From Psammoneis japonica (Eukaryota): DNA of 64,000 nucleotides. The position numbers and the translations under genes are program-made. The stretch is taken from positions 310,001 through 374,000 of the forward strand of contig QPGO01000010.1 in assembly GCA_008632985.1 (NCBI GenBank), read 5' to 3'. Position 1 is the first letter of the stretch. Each line of letters opens with the position of its first letter. The notes beneath the pieces are model-generated. The model did no database searches and had not been told where the DNA came from. It worked only from the letters and a program-made list of their open reading frames with translations. Positions 35,924 through 49,624 of the stretch are shown piece after piece.

Positions 35924-36847
35924 CTAGGGTTGAATGACGGCACCAACACAAATCGGAGACACAGTCTCGCGTTGTTCATCCATCTTTGGATCGTCTTGTA
36001 CTGGTGTTTGCTCGGGTGAAGTAGTCCCAGCATAACCGCCTTGAGTATATAGTTCTTGAAGTCTCATTCGGCACTCCTCCACTTCAGGGTCGTTCGGATT
36101 GAGTCCGAGACGAACTTGGAGTTGCTGGAAAAAGTCGTACAGTGCCGGAAAGGTCATACCTGCTTGAAGAGTCTCCATAGCATTGAGTAATGCAGCCAAG
36201 GCAATGTTGGATGCCTTCTTCGGCGCAAAAAAGTAGTCGCAAACCGAGAGCTCAGTAAGAAATCTTGCGAGCTCTAGGATATCGTGCCTGACGTGCGGCG
36301 GACAGGACGCCGGCGGCATGAGGTGTAAAAGGTGGCGCGCCATGCAAAATGGCGTTGGTGGGTGTACACGCCACGATAGCGCTCGAAGAATAGCCATCTC
36401 CATAGCCGCCATCTGCTCCACCATGAAGTATCCCCTTGATAAGTCAATCATTGAAGCCATAGAGAGCGTCCCCGGTTCGTAAAGCTTTATTGCGAGGTAG
36501 AGCGTAGTCATTGCGGCGAGCTGAAACAGCTTCTTATCGACCGGCATGGTCGATAAGTACCTGTCCAGAAAAGACATGGAAATGGCCACGACTTCCCGGG
36601 AGAAGTCGAAATGGTCCACAACCTGATAAGACCACTCACAGATCTTCTCTCTCCACAACTCATTGATTCCTGAGGAGGACGTGGACGAGGTGCTCGAGGA
36701 CGCTGAAGATGAGAGGCTCGTCACGACGGGTGGCGGTGCCTCTCTGGCGAGCTGCTCTTGCACCTCCGGTGAAAGGTAGTCTGCGCATTCATAGTGTTCC
36801 CTCTCCTGACGGAGCAATACTTGGAGGCGTTCAGTTAGGTCAACCAT
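35924..36847 (-). CDS. Diatom-specific cyclin (dsCYC family)
   Basis: WREKICEWSYQVVDHFDFSREVVAISMSFLDRYL...FQLAAMTTLYLAIK...LSWRVHPPTP...ARFLTELSVCDYFF. First ATG at 36847. Confidence 0.9.
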   Translation of the reverse strand: MVDLTERLQVLLRQEREHYECADYLSPEVQEQLAREAPPPVVTSLSSSASSSTSSTSSSGINELWREKICEWSYQVVDHFDFSREVVAISMSFLDRYLSTMPVDKKLFQLAAMTTLYLAIKLYEPGTLSMASMIDLSRGYFMVEQMAAMEMAILRALSWRVHPPTPFCMARHLLHLMPPASCPPHVRHDILELARFLTELSVCDYFFAPKKASNIALAALLNAMETLQAGMTFPALYDFFQQLQVRLGLNPNDPEVEECRMRLQELYTQGGYAGTTSPEQTPVQDDPKMDEQRETVSPICVGAVIQP

Positions 36848-37280
36848 TGCATCTCCCACTCCGCAAAGTACCTTCAGATCTTGTTGACTTGCAAGAAGTG
36901 CGACCCTCGGGCAAAGAGGTTCAGCACTCGCTTTCGTTATCTGTCACGTCGGTCCTCACAAACGGCACTTTTGTCACGCCGTACCGGGTTTTCGTCTGTA
37001 CTTTTCTACGGGTTCCGTTTTGTTTGAAGATCTCGGAATAGATTTCGGCCAATCAAACTCAACCACAGAAAGCCTGCCGCTCCTCTAATTGCCGCGAAGA
37101 CACCGCAGCCACAAAATCACTGATACTGATTCACGTAAAATCTAACATATTGAATGTACCAGTTCCGCAAAACCAAACTGTATCAATACCTGAATCTTTC
37201 AATATTGAAATTTAAATCTGGCTTACGTGTGTGTGACCAGTAGGCAATCCTACTGGGCCTACTGGGACCTTTCTCCAAAA

Positions 37281-37291
37281 TGGCGCGAAAA
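37281..37291 (-). promoter_or_regulatory. Candidate E2F site upstream of the cyclin
   Basis: The reverse complement is TTTTCGCGCCA, matching the E2F consensus TTTSSCGC, about 430 bp upstream of the ATG. Motif match only. Confidence 0.35.
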
Positions 37292-38900
37292 AGAGCGTTG
37301 GGCCCGGCCAGCCCGCTGAGAAACTTCTGCAAATCGGAGCATAAAATGTCTCACATACAAGTTAGCGATATTTCACGTGGAAATGACATAGTTCGAACAG
37401 CCTAAGGTTCGCATTTTCGATACTAGTTTGATACACGAGTAAACCAGATTTTAAATGGGATGCGGGATAATTCGATTAACACTTCAAACGGCCAAAAAGA
37501 CTGACTGACGTTTTGAGTTCGAGCATGCGCTGACACAATGACGCACTTGTCGTAAATGACGCCCAGCAATTTTAAACAAACTTGTGCCTCGAGATTGTCC
37601 TATTTAATGTCAAACGTACGTTTCCAATTTTCTTTAATTAAACAAATATCAGGTTGACAGCATTGTGAAGTCAACGTCATCCACTATCATCCGAATAGGC
37701 AGCATCTAAAGGCAACTTTTTCTGACATAAGGTGTTTTGTTTAAATCGTTTCCGAATGTCGCTCAAAAAACATTGTCGTTTCGGAGGATTCTACTAATAG
37801 CCCCTGTCATAGTCATAGATCATTCTCTGTGACCTTGCACATGATGTACAAGATGTCGTTTGTTCTTCATTGACGTCAGCATATGTTCTTCCGATTTCAC
37901 GGCAAATGCTGCGAAATGATTGAGCGCAAAAAAATCCAGGTGCAACACAACATCTGCTCGATCTGACGCGCTATTTCCAACCTTGAAGTTGCTGCAGATT
38001 GGATTCCAAAACAGATAGTGGTGCCCGTTTGGGCGCGATGACGTGTTTAGTGCGCGCCACGCACCTTCTGTTTTCTTGACCTTTGTCAATCCCGTTTTTG
38101 AGCGACACCGACAACCACTGCCGCTCTACTCTACCTAGTACTAGAGAGCTAGCAGCTAGTTTTTTGTCGCCTTACACACGATTGAAGAAACAAGAGAATA
38201 GAAATCATCTGGGGAAAGCAAACTATCTGTTTTCCGCTAGAATGGATTGCTTTTCTTTCACCTGGCAAAGGGCGGTCTGCAGCCTGCAGCACTCAGTGAA
38301 CAGAAGTTAGTCCAACTGGCTCTTCAATTCTTCTGATCTCTTGCTGCACCGGTACTGGCAATGTTGTGTTTGAGCTGGAACGTGTCTACTAGAGTGCACT
38401 GCTTTTTGAAACAACATGGACAGAAGAAGAAGTGCTTTGGCAGCGAATGAGAATGAATTGATCCGATCGAACTGCGATCGGCACACGGAGTGAGTAAAGG
38501 TGACGAGATTCCGAATTCCACGGTTTCAGACGAGCGCAGCGCCACCAGCTGCGTCCCCGCCCCTCGTCTCAGGCACAATAAAAGCTCCAACATGCATCGA
38601 GATGTTGTGTTGTCTACAATGATATAACGTTATGAGAGTATTGCATCGCTCGTGACGATTTGGATAGCATATTATGGTACTGTATTTGAATTTTTAGATG
38701 CATTTTCCCGCGCCGGCACAATTCAAAATTTCGAAAAAAATCGCCCGACATCGAGGGTTTCGGAGCGCGGTTCAAGTTTTTCAGCAATGCCACATCCACC
38801 ATACGTACGCTCGATACACTCGACACTGAACTCCGTTCCTGTCCTTGTTTGCCTCCCTGTTTGAATTGGTATCGACTCGCCGCTTTGTACGTACTACACG

Positions 38901-39644
38901 ATGGTTCGTTACTCGTTTGATGGAGATTTTGATTCTAGTCCGGAGTCGTCAGATGCTTCCACGCACGTCGCTGTTGACCATGATGGAACGCCGCCAGCCC
39001 TCATGACCGACTTTGATGCTGTCGCTCCCAGCAATGGGTCTGCTGTAACCGGCGATGCATCGACGAACACGCACCAAGACGCGGTTCGACGCGCCGTGGC
39101 GGAATTCCACCGCAAACTTGCCGAGAGCGATGCTGCAAACGATGCCGCCAACAATCGCAAGAAGCAGGAGGACCGCCAGAAGCTTCTTGACGAACTCAAC
39201 CAGGTTCTCATCAACACGCTCTGTATGGACGACAAGAACAGTAGCGCCGTTTTCGCCGAAGCTACTGGAGAACTCGACCACCAGACCGTGGACCGCACGC
39301 TCGTGTGGAGCTTCATGTCGGACATTTGCGAGGAATTAGGCGTGAACAGCAACGACGACATTGACAGCATGCCAGAGGAGAACCTCAAACACCTAGTTAG
39401 CGCTTGTACCAAGAAGCGCTTGTGGGACAACGACGTTTGTCCCGAGTTTTTCAAGCCGCGCGCTGTCAGCAACATGCGAATGCTTGTCGCCCAAACGCCG
39501 ACCGAGCTGAAGAGGCACTTTCTCAAATTGCTCTTTTTTGGTGTGAGTATGACGTGTACCGTATCTCAGTCATGCGCATCGTACTGCTTGTACCTTGGCT
39601 CTTCTCTAACAATCGTTTCTTTGCTTTCAACAGGACTCGGATGA
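38901..39644 (+). CDS. Hypothetical protein (3' structure uncertain; probable intron near 39541)
   Basis: 247-aa ORF with coding-like codon use and a helical character. An E2F-like TTTCCCGCGCC lies at 38704-38714 upstream. No family recognised. Confidence 0.5.
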   Translation: MVRYSFDGDFDSSPESSDASTHVAVDHDGTPPALMTDFDAVAPSNGSAVTGDASTNTHQDAVRRAVAEFHRKLAESDAANDAANNRKKQEDRQKLLDELNQVLINTLCMDDKNSSAVFAEATGELDHQTVDRTLVWSFMSDICEELGVNSNDDIDSMPEENLKHLVSACTKKRLWDNDVCPEFFKPRAVSNMRMLVAQTPTELKRHFLKLLFFGVSMTCTVSQSCASYCLYLGSSLTIVSLLSTGLG

Positions 39645-40506
39645 GTTGTTGAAATATGCGGCGCTTTTGGACCACCTCGAGGACGCCGGAATCCTCTTGT
39701 GGACCGGCCAAAGGCCAGATACTGTTGTTCAATTGAACGAATGGTTCGATACGTACAAGGACAACGTAAGTGAGCTTTATCAAGCCAAAAAGAACAAGCA
39801 CTTGAAGAAATAGTTCCTTGACCGCCGCCCGCTTGTCGTGGAAGAAAAACGTTGGGGGTCTATATTCTGGTGTCATGGAATCGGAAATGGAGTATCAGAT
39901 ATGCAGGCGATGGCTGTCTGCGTTGTCAGAGATTCCCAGTGGCACACAGCATGGAGTTAGTTCCGGGGCTACTTTGTGTTTACAGTAGTCCATAGATCTA
40001 CGAAGTAGTATCAAACGCTCATGCCACTTTCTTCTCTTGCAAAGAAGAAAATTTCGTGTTGACATGTCATAACTCTTGTACGTATCATTACCTCTGCCAT
40101 TCTGCAACGCCTCTCTAGAGAGTAGACTAGAGAGAGTACTGTAGGCTAGCTAGAGGGCCTCTTTGTCCTCGTGTCTTCTCTTACTTCACGGCAAGCAGAC
40201 AAACGCCAACTCGCACTTCCCGCGCGCGCCGCCGCCGCTTTATCCATTTACTCCCACCTTGTTTTTCATCGCCCATGTCCCATGTTCCATCACTCATCAA
40301 TCACCGCCAATCCCACAGCCCCAGCCAGCACAATAAGCCGCTCTGTTCACTTCTCTGAGCGGTGGTGCTGAGAGCATCCTATCCTGAGACCCAAAAGCTG
40401 AGAAGCAGAGATTGACTTTGTCGTAGTTAGTAGTTACTGTGCTTGTTGTGAATTGTGAGAAGCGAACATTCAACATCGCGTCGCGTTGCGAACTTCAGTA
40501 CGAACC

Positions 40507-41223
40507 ATGGCTTCGATGAAGGACATGACGCATTATGAAGCTCTCGAGATTGATACAGATGCTGATTTAGTGACAATTAAAAAAGCCTACCGTCGACTCG
40601 CGTTGCAGCACCATCCCGACCGCAACAACGGTAGCTTGGAATCCACTGAAAGGTTCAAGCGTATAAGCGAAGCATACGAAGTTCTTTCTGATCCGATTCA
40701 ACGTCGTCGGTATGATGCAAGTCTTGCAAGTGGTGGAACCGCGGTGTCATCGACAGTGAATCAATCTGCACCTTTCACTAGAGTAGATCCGTTTGAGAGG
40801 TTCAATGATTTGTTTCGAAATGATCCATTCTTTCATCAAGCGTTTGATGGCATGGATGATGAGTTTGCTCGTCGCTTTCAAGAGTCCCCGGGTGAATCCA
40901 CAGAGAGATCAAGTTCTAAAATGGGTTGGATCCCTTGGTTGCTACAAAGGTGTGGGATTGACTTCCAAATGACTACCTACACTAGTACGCCTCGAGGTGT
41001 TACAGCAACGTCCTATACGTCTAGTAGGCCATCCGCCTCCGCTCGTGGGCCCACTTACACAAACAAGCAAACACGGACTCTGGTTGACAGCCAAGGGCGC
41101 CAAGTTACAGTTCGTTCAATGGAGCGAAACGGGAATAAGCTGGAGGAACGATATATCAATAACCAACTGGTTGAGCGGCGAGTCAATGGTGTGGTGGAGA
41201 ACATCAGAATACAATCGTCGTGA
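40507..41223 (+). CDS. J-domain (DnaJ/Hsp40) co-chaperone
   Basis: HYEALEI...IKKAYRRLALQHHPDRN...FKRISEAYEVLSDP..RRRYD, followed by a G/F-like DPFERFNDLF region. Confidence 0.9.
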   Translation: MASMKDMTHYEALEIDTDADLVTIKKAYRRLALQHHPDRNNGSLESTERFKRISEAYEVLSDPIQRRRYDASLASGGTAVSSTVNQSAPFTRVDPFERFNDLFRNDPFFHQAFDGMDDEFARRFQESPGESTERSSSKMGWIPWLLQRCGIDFQMTTYTSTPRGVTATSYTSSRPSASARGPTYTNKQTRTLVDSQGRQVTVRSMERNGNKLEERYINNQLVERRVNGVVENIRIQSS

Positions 41224-41429
41224 CGGATAATAATGACCCGCCAAGCAAACGAGTAACCCTGAGTAGGAAATATATAGCTCAGTTGTAGCAGAGCGAAACA
41301 AGAAGGGGGTGTTGGCGTTTCATTGTCTGTTGTAGTCTCGAGCTTCTCGACGTTGACCTGGGATTTGTATTTGAGTGCGCTGCCGCATCCAGACAACGAG
41401 TATTTTGCGCCTTTCAACATATATTCAAT

Positions 41430-42083
41430 ACCTGGTATGGTAATTACTGTACTGTACTTCTGGCCGTGGAAAGACCCGTCCTAGCCGGAACTTGTCGAGA
41501 GCCTACCAGATCCTTGCTCAGCTTACTCCAGCAAGCTCTCATTTTCTGCATCAGCCGAGGAGGCCTGAGGTGGATGCGGCTTTTCGACTCGGGGGTTGCT
41601 GATGCTGCTTCTGGCGTAAAATCAAACGTGTAGTTGCAAATCGCGGTAACCACTTGTGCGCTCGCAATAATAATCATATCGTGTAGTGGTGGTGAGCGGA
41701 CCGCCGAGCCAGAAATGATCCACCATAGAGCTGAAAATGATTGAAGCCGTGTGGCCAATGCCTTGAGTATCGAATCACCGTGTTTAATAGACAGAGCCAC
41801 CAAGAGCCCACCCGCTGCGCCCAAGATGGCCAAGATCCATGTCACCAAGGTCCAACCGCCACCATACTAACCCAAAACCCATTCTCTCCACCACCCTCGT
41901 GAAACATGATCGAGAGATAAACTGGAAAGCTCCACAAGGCTCATTGAAAATTCCGTTACAATAATCCAATTGTTCGCCACTGGCTTCTATCAGCTTTTCA
42001 AAATCAATTGATGCAAATCCGCTCAGCGTGACTTCGACTAGCACTGCCACTGTGCCCAGCATTTGATTGTTGCCGTCCAATGG
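41430..42083 (-). pseudogene. Partial, frameshifted duplicate of the 3' half of the nucleotide-sugar transporter at 61724-62929
   Basis: Colinear with 61680-62300 (EVTLSGFASI, LGAAGGLLVALSIKHGDSILKALAT), with stops and indels and no 5' half. Confidence 0.85.
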
Positions 42084-42089
42084 TCATTG

Positions 42090-44965
42090 GAGCATCGTCC
42101 TAACACATGGCTCTTTCTTCTTGATCAATCCAAAATGACCCTGACCCTTTCGATATCCTCCAGAGCCAAGACACCCATGGTAACGCCTTGAGCCGCAGCA
42201 ATGATATGCGTCACTGTTACTGGTTCTCTCTCTTTTTTTTCTGGTCCGAGTTCTTCGTAATTTCGTGGATACCGAAACCGAAGTGAGTGCCGGAGTGCTA
42301 ATAGAATGGTGTGGCAAGTCGGTGACTTAGAGGAAGAAGGCTCTTGTAGGGGTGGACCTCAATAAAACCCCGACAAAAAGTCGGAAGGCAGAGAAACATG
42401 GACTCGCGCAGCCTTTCACGGGTGTTTTTGACGGTTACCGTGAAGTGTGTTTGCCAGGCTCGTCTTGCCTCATATTGGCTGCACTTTGCATTTTTCTCTG
42501 GATAATCATTGCTCAAAGCGACTTTGAATGTGACATGGCGAAGGTACGGTATGTTCCAATGTTTTCTTGCATAAGAGGTATTGCCACAATCAGTAGCTCT
42601 TCAATCTAAAACAACGAGTCCAGTGCGAGCAATGCCGGGAATCTCAATTGGACGATTGTCTTCTCAAGCAAAAAGATGCAAATCTGATCAACTTTGTCAT
42701 CTATCACCGGCTTCGAACGAAAATCTTGACGGTTTATCTCCAAGTTACTTTTGCAAAACGCGGCTCTCATGGTGTTTTTCAAAATCTCCATAGAGAAATC
42801 AAGTCGAGTCGTCCCGTCATGCTGAATGCGGGATCATCTCCGTATTTCCGCGTACACATGAAAGCCGCACCGTCCACGGCTCGCTTGACAATTCATACGG
42901 ACTGGTACAGCAACAGATAATTCCAACACGTCCTCCACAGGTTGTTGTTGCAGCGCCAGATCCAGTATGGTTTTTGTCATCGTTGCTGTACCGTCACCGG
43001 TAGTAAACTTCCCATTTCGTGGAGGGACGTACAAGACAAGGCAAACAATAGTGGAGCCTGCTGATCCACGAAAATGTCACTGTCACGCTCCAAGAAGGGA
43101 TAGGTAAACGGAGTCCTTGACGTAGGATACGGGTGGCTGTGAAAGAGCAGATTATGGAAAAAGGTGGACATGGTGGCAGGCAAGAGCGGAACACTCTCCT
43201 CGACCCACTCGCCAAATACTGACTGTCCCTTACGATTCCAAATCCAACAACTCTCCCGTCAGCTCCTCCACCACTTTTCCATCGACGGTGCTTCCCAATA
43301 AAGCCTCTTGATAAGAGGCCCCAGCGCGTGTCGGTCGGAATCGATTCTTGCAGAAAACAATCCAATCCTTCACGAGTTCTCTACTGAAATCCGGCGTCAC
43401 CAAGACATGCGACGCTACAGCAAAACGAGAACACAGATTGACCAAGATTTGATCAAAAGAACCATCCAGTATGGCATTTTCCCTTTTCAAGTCTAATGAC
43501 TTGACGATTCATGTAGCTTAGTCCCTCAATACTCTCGCGGCATGAAAGACAATCATGCCGTCAAATTCACATGTGTGAGCCTTGAAATAGATTGACCAGC
43601 ATCTAACGACACTGCTCATCCTTGTACGAATTGAGTACACGCTTGACAAAGGGATGACTCATCTTTTGCATACACCCCCTTTACTTGTTTGAATTGCAAT
43701 ATCATGCTTGTATTGGACCTTGAGGACATTTGCCGTTTTGCCCACTCGTTGGCTATTATTATTTGGCGTGGAACCTTTCATCATTGCATAGTTGACCAGT
43801 AATTTTAACAGCTGGGTTGTCACTCCCACAAACTAGTCACATTTGTCCAAAGGTATCAGCTCCGAGTAGTTTGAGCATTTCAAAGGAATCGAGTTGAATG
43901 GAGTATTCCGGTTTGGTGGGTGCCTCGTCCACAATGACCCTTTCAATGTCCTCAAGAATCAAGACACCCGTGATAACGTCTTGAGCCGCAGCAATGTTAT
44001 GCGTCGCTGTTGTTCTCCTTTTTTCATAATTTCTGGCACGAGTTCTTCGTTCTTCGTGTCTAAACATGGTGTTTGGTCCGAAAATCTTGGTCGTTATTCC
44101 ACCTAAATTCGTGGATGCCAAAACTGTTCCCGAAATGGCAATGTAGATCGTTGCCAAGTGGACGCAAAAGCAAAAGCACTTTTTTCTCCATGTACTCTGG
44201 AAAACAAGTAACAACAGACCGCGATATCCCTCCTGCTCACAGCTCCAACTTGTCATAAGCTCAGTCATTTTTTTCTGAGCGTACGCTTTTGTTAAACTTG
44301 GCAAGGACCTTTGTTTGTGGGCGAATCCTTCTTGCGAAACAAAGATCGGATCTTGTGCCATCTTCATAAACCGACAAGTGCTCTTTTGCGAAGAAGTCCC
44401 GGCCTCTACAAAAATTTTGTGTTCCGACACATTTTCTCGATACGAGACAGCCACACGAGCCTCGAGATCCTTCAAACCTGCAGCCACTCCATATGAGAGT
44501 TGGTCTAGTACTACTTTGGGCAGCATAACCTGCGACTGGCTGCTTGAAATCATGTTGTATAGGTCTCAAACACCATTTGTTGGTAGGCGGGTCATCTATT
44601 TTCCTTTGCGAGTGTCTATCTGGTTGAATCTTCCATTGATTTTGTTGACATACGGTCTTCCTATGGACAAGTATTCAGACTCCATTCGGTCTCCCAAATC
44701 CACGTACAGTGACAGAGAGGAAAACGGCTCTTGTAGGGGTGAACCGCAATAAAAGGCCAGTGAATTCGGGAAGACAGCGAAACATGGCGAATGGATGGAA
44801 TTGGAATATGTTTGACTCGTGCAGCCTTCAACGAGTGATTTTGACGGTTACCGTGAAGCTTGATGTATACTTGCGGAATCGTCTTGCCTCGTGTTGGCTG
44901 TTTCTCGCTCTGGATAATCACTGCTCAAAGCGACTTTCAATCTGCCATGGCGCTACAGTACGGTA
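42090..44965 (-). repeat. Two decayed paralogous segments: 42090-42550 is an internally deleted copy of about 43930-44965
   Basis: Shared: ttgagccgcagcaatg, ggctcttgtaggggtg, ttttgacggttaccgtgaag and ctctggataatcaYtgctcaaagcgactt. The longer copy holds ORF 43837-44553 of unknown family. Confidence 0.7.
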
Positions 44966-45207
44966 GGTTTTGCGTGACACGGCGGCGGCGGCGGCGGCAG
45001 TTTTTGCGTTTTGGACGGCTACCGTAAAGCGTACGTAGGAATTAGTAATAATTTAGAAAGTACCAAGTTCCTACGAATTTCTACATACGAAATCATGGTA
45101 TTAATTCTACAAGAATACACAATAATGATAGTGATTGAAAAATTTAGCAACGGTCATGACTCAACCAAAGTCTCTCCAAGCTTTTTCTTTCGCGCTGTTT
45201 TCGATCA

Positions 45208-45493
45208 CAACTCGTCGTTTGCGGCACGATGTGTTTGTTGTTCGCCAAGCCGGAATGCAGCGATACCCAAGGATGGCTCGCCCTTCCTCTGGTTCTAATT
45301 GCTTTCTCTTGTTTGGTGTTCCACAACATGTTTTGCTTGCGCGAAGTGTTGTCTCTCTTTTCAACTCGTCGTCTCGCACGATGTGTTGTTGTTTGCCAAG
45401 CCGGAATGCCGCAATCGCCAAAGGATGGCTCGCCCTTCCTCTGGATTGAGACCTTGCATTTGTTTGGCATTCCACAACTCATTTTGCTTGATG
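45208..45493. repeat. Diverged tandem duplication, period about 154 bp
   Basis: caactcgtcgt...gccaagccggaatgc...aaggatggctcgcccttcctctgg...ttccacaac occurs at 45208 and 45362. Confidence 0.8.
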
Positions 45494-48400
45494 GCGTGTT
45501 GTCTCAAATGGTAGCGTAGGTGTTGCCAGTTAAGTCCAGAGGTCGGGGCAAATCGAATGCGTCTCTCCGGCCTTGAGTCCATGTCACTCTCGTGTCTTTG
45601 AGCGTAGGAAGTTGCCTGTTCGCTTGACCCAGTCAGGTCACGGCTGTTGAAACAGACAGCAGCGTTCATCTGCGAAGCAGCAAAAGCTCGCCGAGCAGAT
45701 CATACCATTGACGGAACACAGGTTTGGGGTTCTGTCGCATCAGTGACATGATGCGGTAAGTCTTTACTCGTAGGGAGTGTTGATTTAGAACGCGGTCGAC
45801 TCGCAAGTTTTCTTGTTGTCTCCGTAGTACGTCCCCCCTTTTTCTTTTCTTGGGGTGATATTTTCACTCTGAAGATACGAAAAAGCTTGAGCGCCATCTT
45901 TTGATGGCGCTCTTGAGGCAACGTTACCCTACGCGACCGATTTCAATAGATGCTTTTGATATTGGCGTGTTTCAAATATTTGAAACACGCTTTGAAACTA
46001 TTCCAATAGATGTAGAAAGACTAAAAGTACAAGATAGCAATCTATATTTGCGTGTAAGTTATTCCGTACGTACGTCAATGGACTACGATGACGGTCGTAG
46101 CGCTTGCAATGTTGTTGCATACTTTGATGCCGTTGTTTCTGTTTATGTAGCTACCACATCGCTCTCTTTCTTTTAGATGTCATCTCTTCAGCATCCTTCA
46201 TTTCTTTGGGTCCACGCTGGGCTATTCGTTACCGCATGTCCCAAGGCTTGTCGTTGATACCTGTTATAAGCTGGTTATGCTGCCGCTGATCGCCTGCACA
46301 TTATACAGATATTATGGATTCATCGTACCCTAACCTACAACGATACAAGATATAATGCAAATGTCCAAAGGTGCTTTGAGGTGCTGACTATTCAAAAGAT
46401 TAACCCAAGAGGCTCTGGGATAAGGTTGTTACATACCTGGAACTGAGGATAGGGCTACTCTTCCCCCCTTTCCCCATCCTTGTAATGAGCGTTCGCATCG
46501 TTACTAGTTTTCGGCTAATGTCGGATGGATTCCAATTGTCAAAGTCTGTCTTTGGTCGCTCCCACCTTGACAGCTGCTACAACACCTTGCATTACTTCTA
46601 TGGCTGAATCTTTTGCCAAATGAAATCCGACCACCTTGACAGTCGCTGTCTGAAAGATGATTTTTAAAATGGTGTACGTTTCTGACTTTGGACAGGAGTT
46701 CAGAGTGCATCATTGGTCAAAATTTACTCTTGTAGATTGCTACGTCTTTGAACTTCTCCACCGCGTTCTCTTCTGTATACCCGACAGTTGCAAGCTTTGG
46801 ATTCGTGAACACTGTAGATGCAACAACAGGTCGATGTTACCTCCGAAAAGTGCATCGGCAAGTCGATGATCCTCCATCGAGGCGACAGGCGTGCAAACCA
46901 TTTTCTAGGATGAATGATCATGACTGAAACCGTACAAAGTTGTGAGGTGATTCCGTACTGAGGATACGTGTAGAAGCCATCCAAAGTCAAAGTGATCTGA
47001 CGAAGCCTCCAGCGAAGGTCGTTCAAAACTCAACGACTACCAACCCATGGTGCACCGGTACGTGTAGTGGCCTGCCCATGACAACCCATCACAAACCCTT
47101 TCCCTCTTTTTCTTCATCGCCATTCGATTCTGGTAGCCAGCCCACAACATCTTCCTTAGTTCTCCCTTACTGGAGTGCTATTCCTGACGTCTGCATGCTT
47201 TAAGTACGTGTCTTCGCCTATCGAGTCAGCGATGCAAGGAACCGTCACTCACACCCTTCAAGACACCCATCGGCATGATTCACTCTTTGGGATGGAGCTA
47301 GACTCTTTATTTTATACTTGAGTCATGTCTTGTTATTGCTTTAATCTGAGATTGGATTGATGTGCAGCTTGTCATATTTCTCTACTAGAAATGGATAATA
47401 AGATAGTGAGTAGTCCAAAGAATCAAGACCAAGTAGAGAAGCCAGGGGCGTCAATGCGAACAGACAATAAAGGCATGAAGTATGAACTCACGTGGCTATT
47501 CCTGACAATGGCAGAATCCGAGGACACTGGGGACACGTTGATATCAACGGGGTGTACCTGTAGCTGAGCAAGGTCCACTATACATTCCTTTATCCTGGGC
47601 GGTACTACACGAATGTTCTGATGGAACAGTTGATAGTCCCAGGTTGGCCTCCACGACTCCTCGAATCTACCCGTCTTCATCTTCCGCCGCACCACTCACT
47701 CCTACAGCTCAAAGGATTTACCACCCAACTTTAAAAGAAATTCACCGGGAAAAGGCGCCATGTTACTAGCAGATACTGCAGCCAATGTAGTTATATGACA
47801 AAACTTTGCAGACGCCTCGTAGGCTGCATACCAATATCGAAAGGCTCGAAACGGATACTTGTTGACAATGCACGACAACGTCTTGGCCATGGCAAAATGA
47901 AGCAGTCCAACTGGACTGCGTCCCTCTCTTTGATACGAGCGATGAACCAGAAGCATCCATCGCGATTAATGCGACAGGATTGAAACCATTTCGCTTGCAG
48001 CAGGAAATTACAATGTTGGCAATCGAGTCGGCCTGACTGAAACATAAAAAGGGCCCGTACTGAATGTCCGTGTAGCTGGGAGCCTTGGACGATGTTATCG
48101 TCAAGGAGATAATGGGACTTGTCGTCATTGAAAGGTTTTCTAAGTAGCTCGACAAGGTGAGACGAGAGTGACGATTCGTTAGTGAGCGTACAGTGAGTTG
48201 CAAGAAGCCCAAGCGCCGCAGCAGGAGCACTTATGAAACTCGTAATTCTCATTCTTTTGTCAACGTATGGTACCAAATGACTATTCCTTCAGTGTGGATG
48301 CTGTGGAATGTTCTCGGTGAACCTTGTTGAATGCGAGCTGCGTTAGAGGATAAGTTGCAGACTTCTCTGCGTAGAGGAATGGCCAGTTTGAAGCGAAACG

Positions 48401-48799
48401 AAGTATAGATACCGACCGTATATTTCTAAAGAGAGCGTGAGAGAGAAGGTTTCGCGAGAAGCGGCTCTTGGTGCCTGATCTGAATCGCCTCTAATCCTCT
48501 GGCGGCAGCGCCATGGGTATTGTGACACGCGCCACTGCTATTTATTGTTGCATCATGCGTATGTTGTGTTTTCGTGATACAAGAGACGCGCCGCTTTCAT
48601 GTCTCGAATAATTTCAGCCTTGACCTCAGGAACAAAGCGTGGAAAGGTAAGTTTCGAGTCCTCATGGTCCATCACTGGATTCAATTTGCAAACAAACAAA
48701 CAAACAAACAAAAACATTCTCGGGAGTCTTGATATCTACGGTATAAAACGAAACACAGTGCAGCTGAAAGAAAAATAAGCAGAACCACCGCACAAGTCA

Positions 48800-49624
48800 A
48801 TCATACTCACCGGCATATGGCAAGTCCCCCAACACTTCCAAAACGACAGCAGGCGATCTGTCTTCTCGTTAATGAGTCTGTTCTTCCTGTTGTCTAGCTC
48901 TTTCGTGAGTAGAATCTTACTACTCCTCTCTGTCCACTTCATTTGCTTGAATGCGGTGCTCTACGACTTCTTCAGGAGGACGATAATGTGTTCAGGAGGC
49001 GCCGTCACTGTATCATCTTCCATAGCAACACCACGACGTTTAAGCAAGTCTTCCATTCTGCAAGGATCATCAAATGCATCATGAATCACAAAGGTACGCA
49101 CAACACGTATATCCGCAAGCGGTCGTCCATCGGCATCGCAATATGCCGCTTGAATCTCGTCTAGAACACCGTCTTCATCGTCCGTCACGATTATTCCCAA
49201 CGACAAGAATTGTCATTGCTGTTGTTCGGTATTGATGGGCGGTGCGACCAAGAGTCCATCCAGTGCTTGCAAAGACCCCTGTTCCAACGTAACTGTACTT
49301 TGATCCAATGGTATCCGGTATCACATTCATTGCAGTCGCCACGACCCGTCCTCGCTGTAGCAATTCCTCCTTGCTCAAGAAGCATCGTTTTGTTTTCAAA
49401 AAACCTTTTTGACTCTCTTCGGTACTCGCATTGTTTTTTGAAGCGTCGGTCAGTCCATATCATAGAATCGCCGGCGACAAAATGTTGTAAATCAGCGTGT
49501 TGGAGTAGTGGACCTAGCGAGCCTTGGCTAATTTCAGAGCATTATTCCGAGCGAGCGATGGACTCTCCTCGACATACAAGTCAATCACGACATCTCCAAT
49601 TGCAGTTTCCAACAACAACGACAT
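48800..49624 (-). pseudogene. PPIL4: Decayed PPIL4/CYP59-like cyclophilin (peptidyl-prolyl isomerase)
   Basis: MSLLLETAIGDVVIDLYVEE...LKLAK and DADGRPLADIRVVRTFVIHDAFDDP match the PPIL4 N-terminal domain. Broken by stops and frameshifts; no RRM seen. Confidence 0.75.

Noticed and set aside
45500..48700. Short ORFs as genes
   Set aside because: Fragmented frames with no motif I can recognise; probably decayed sequence.
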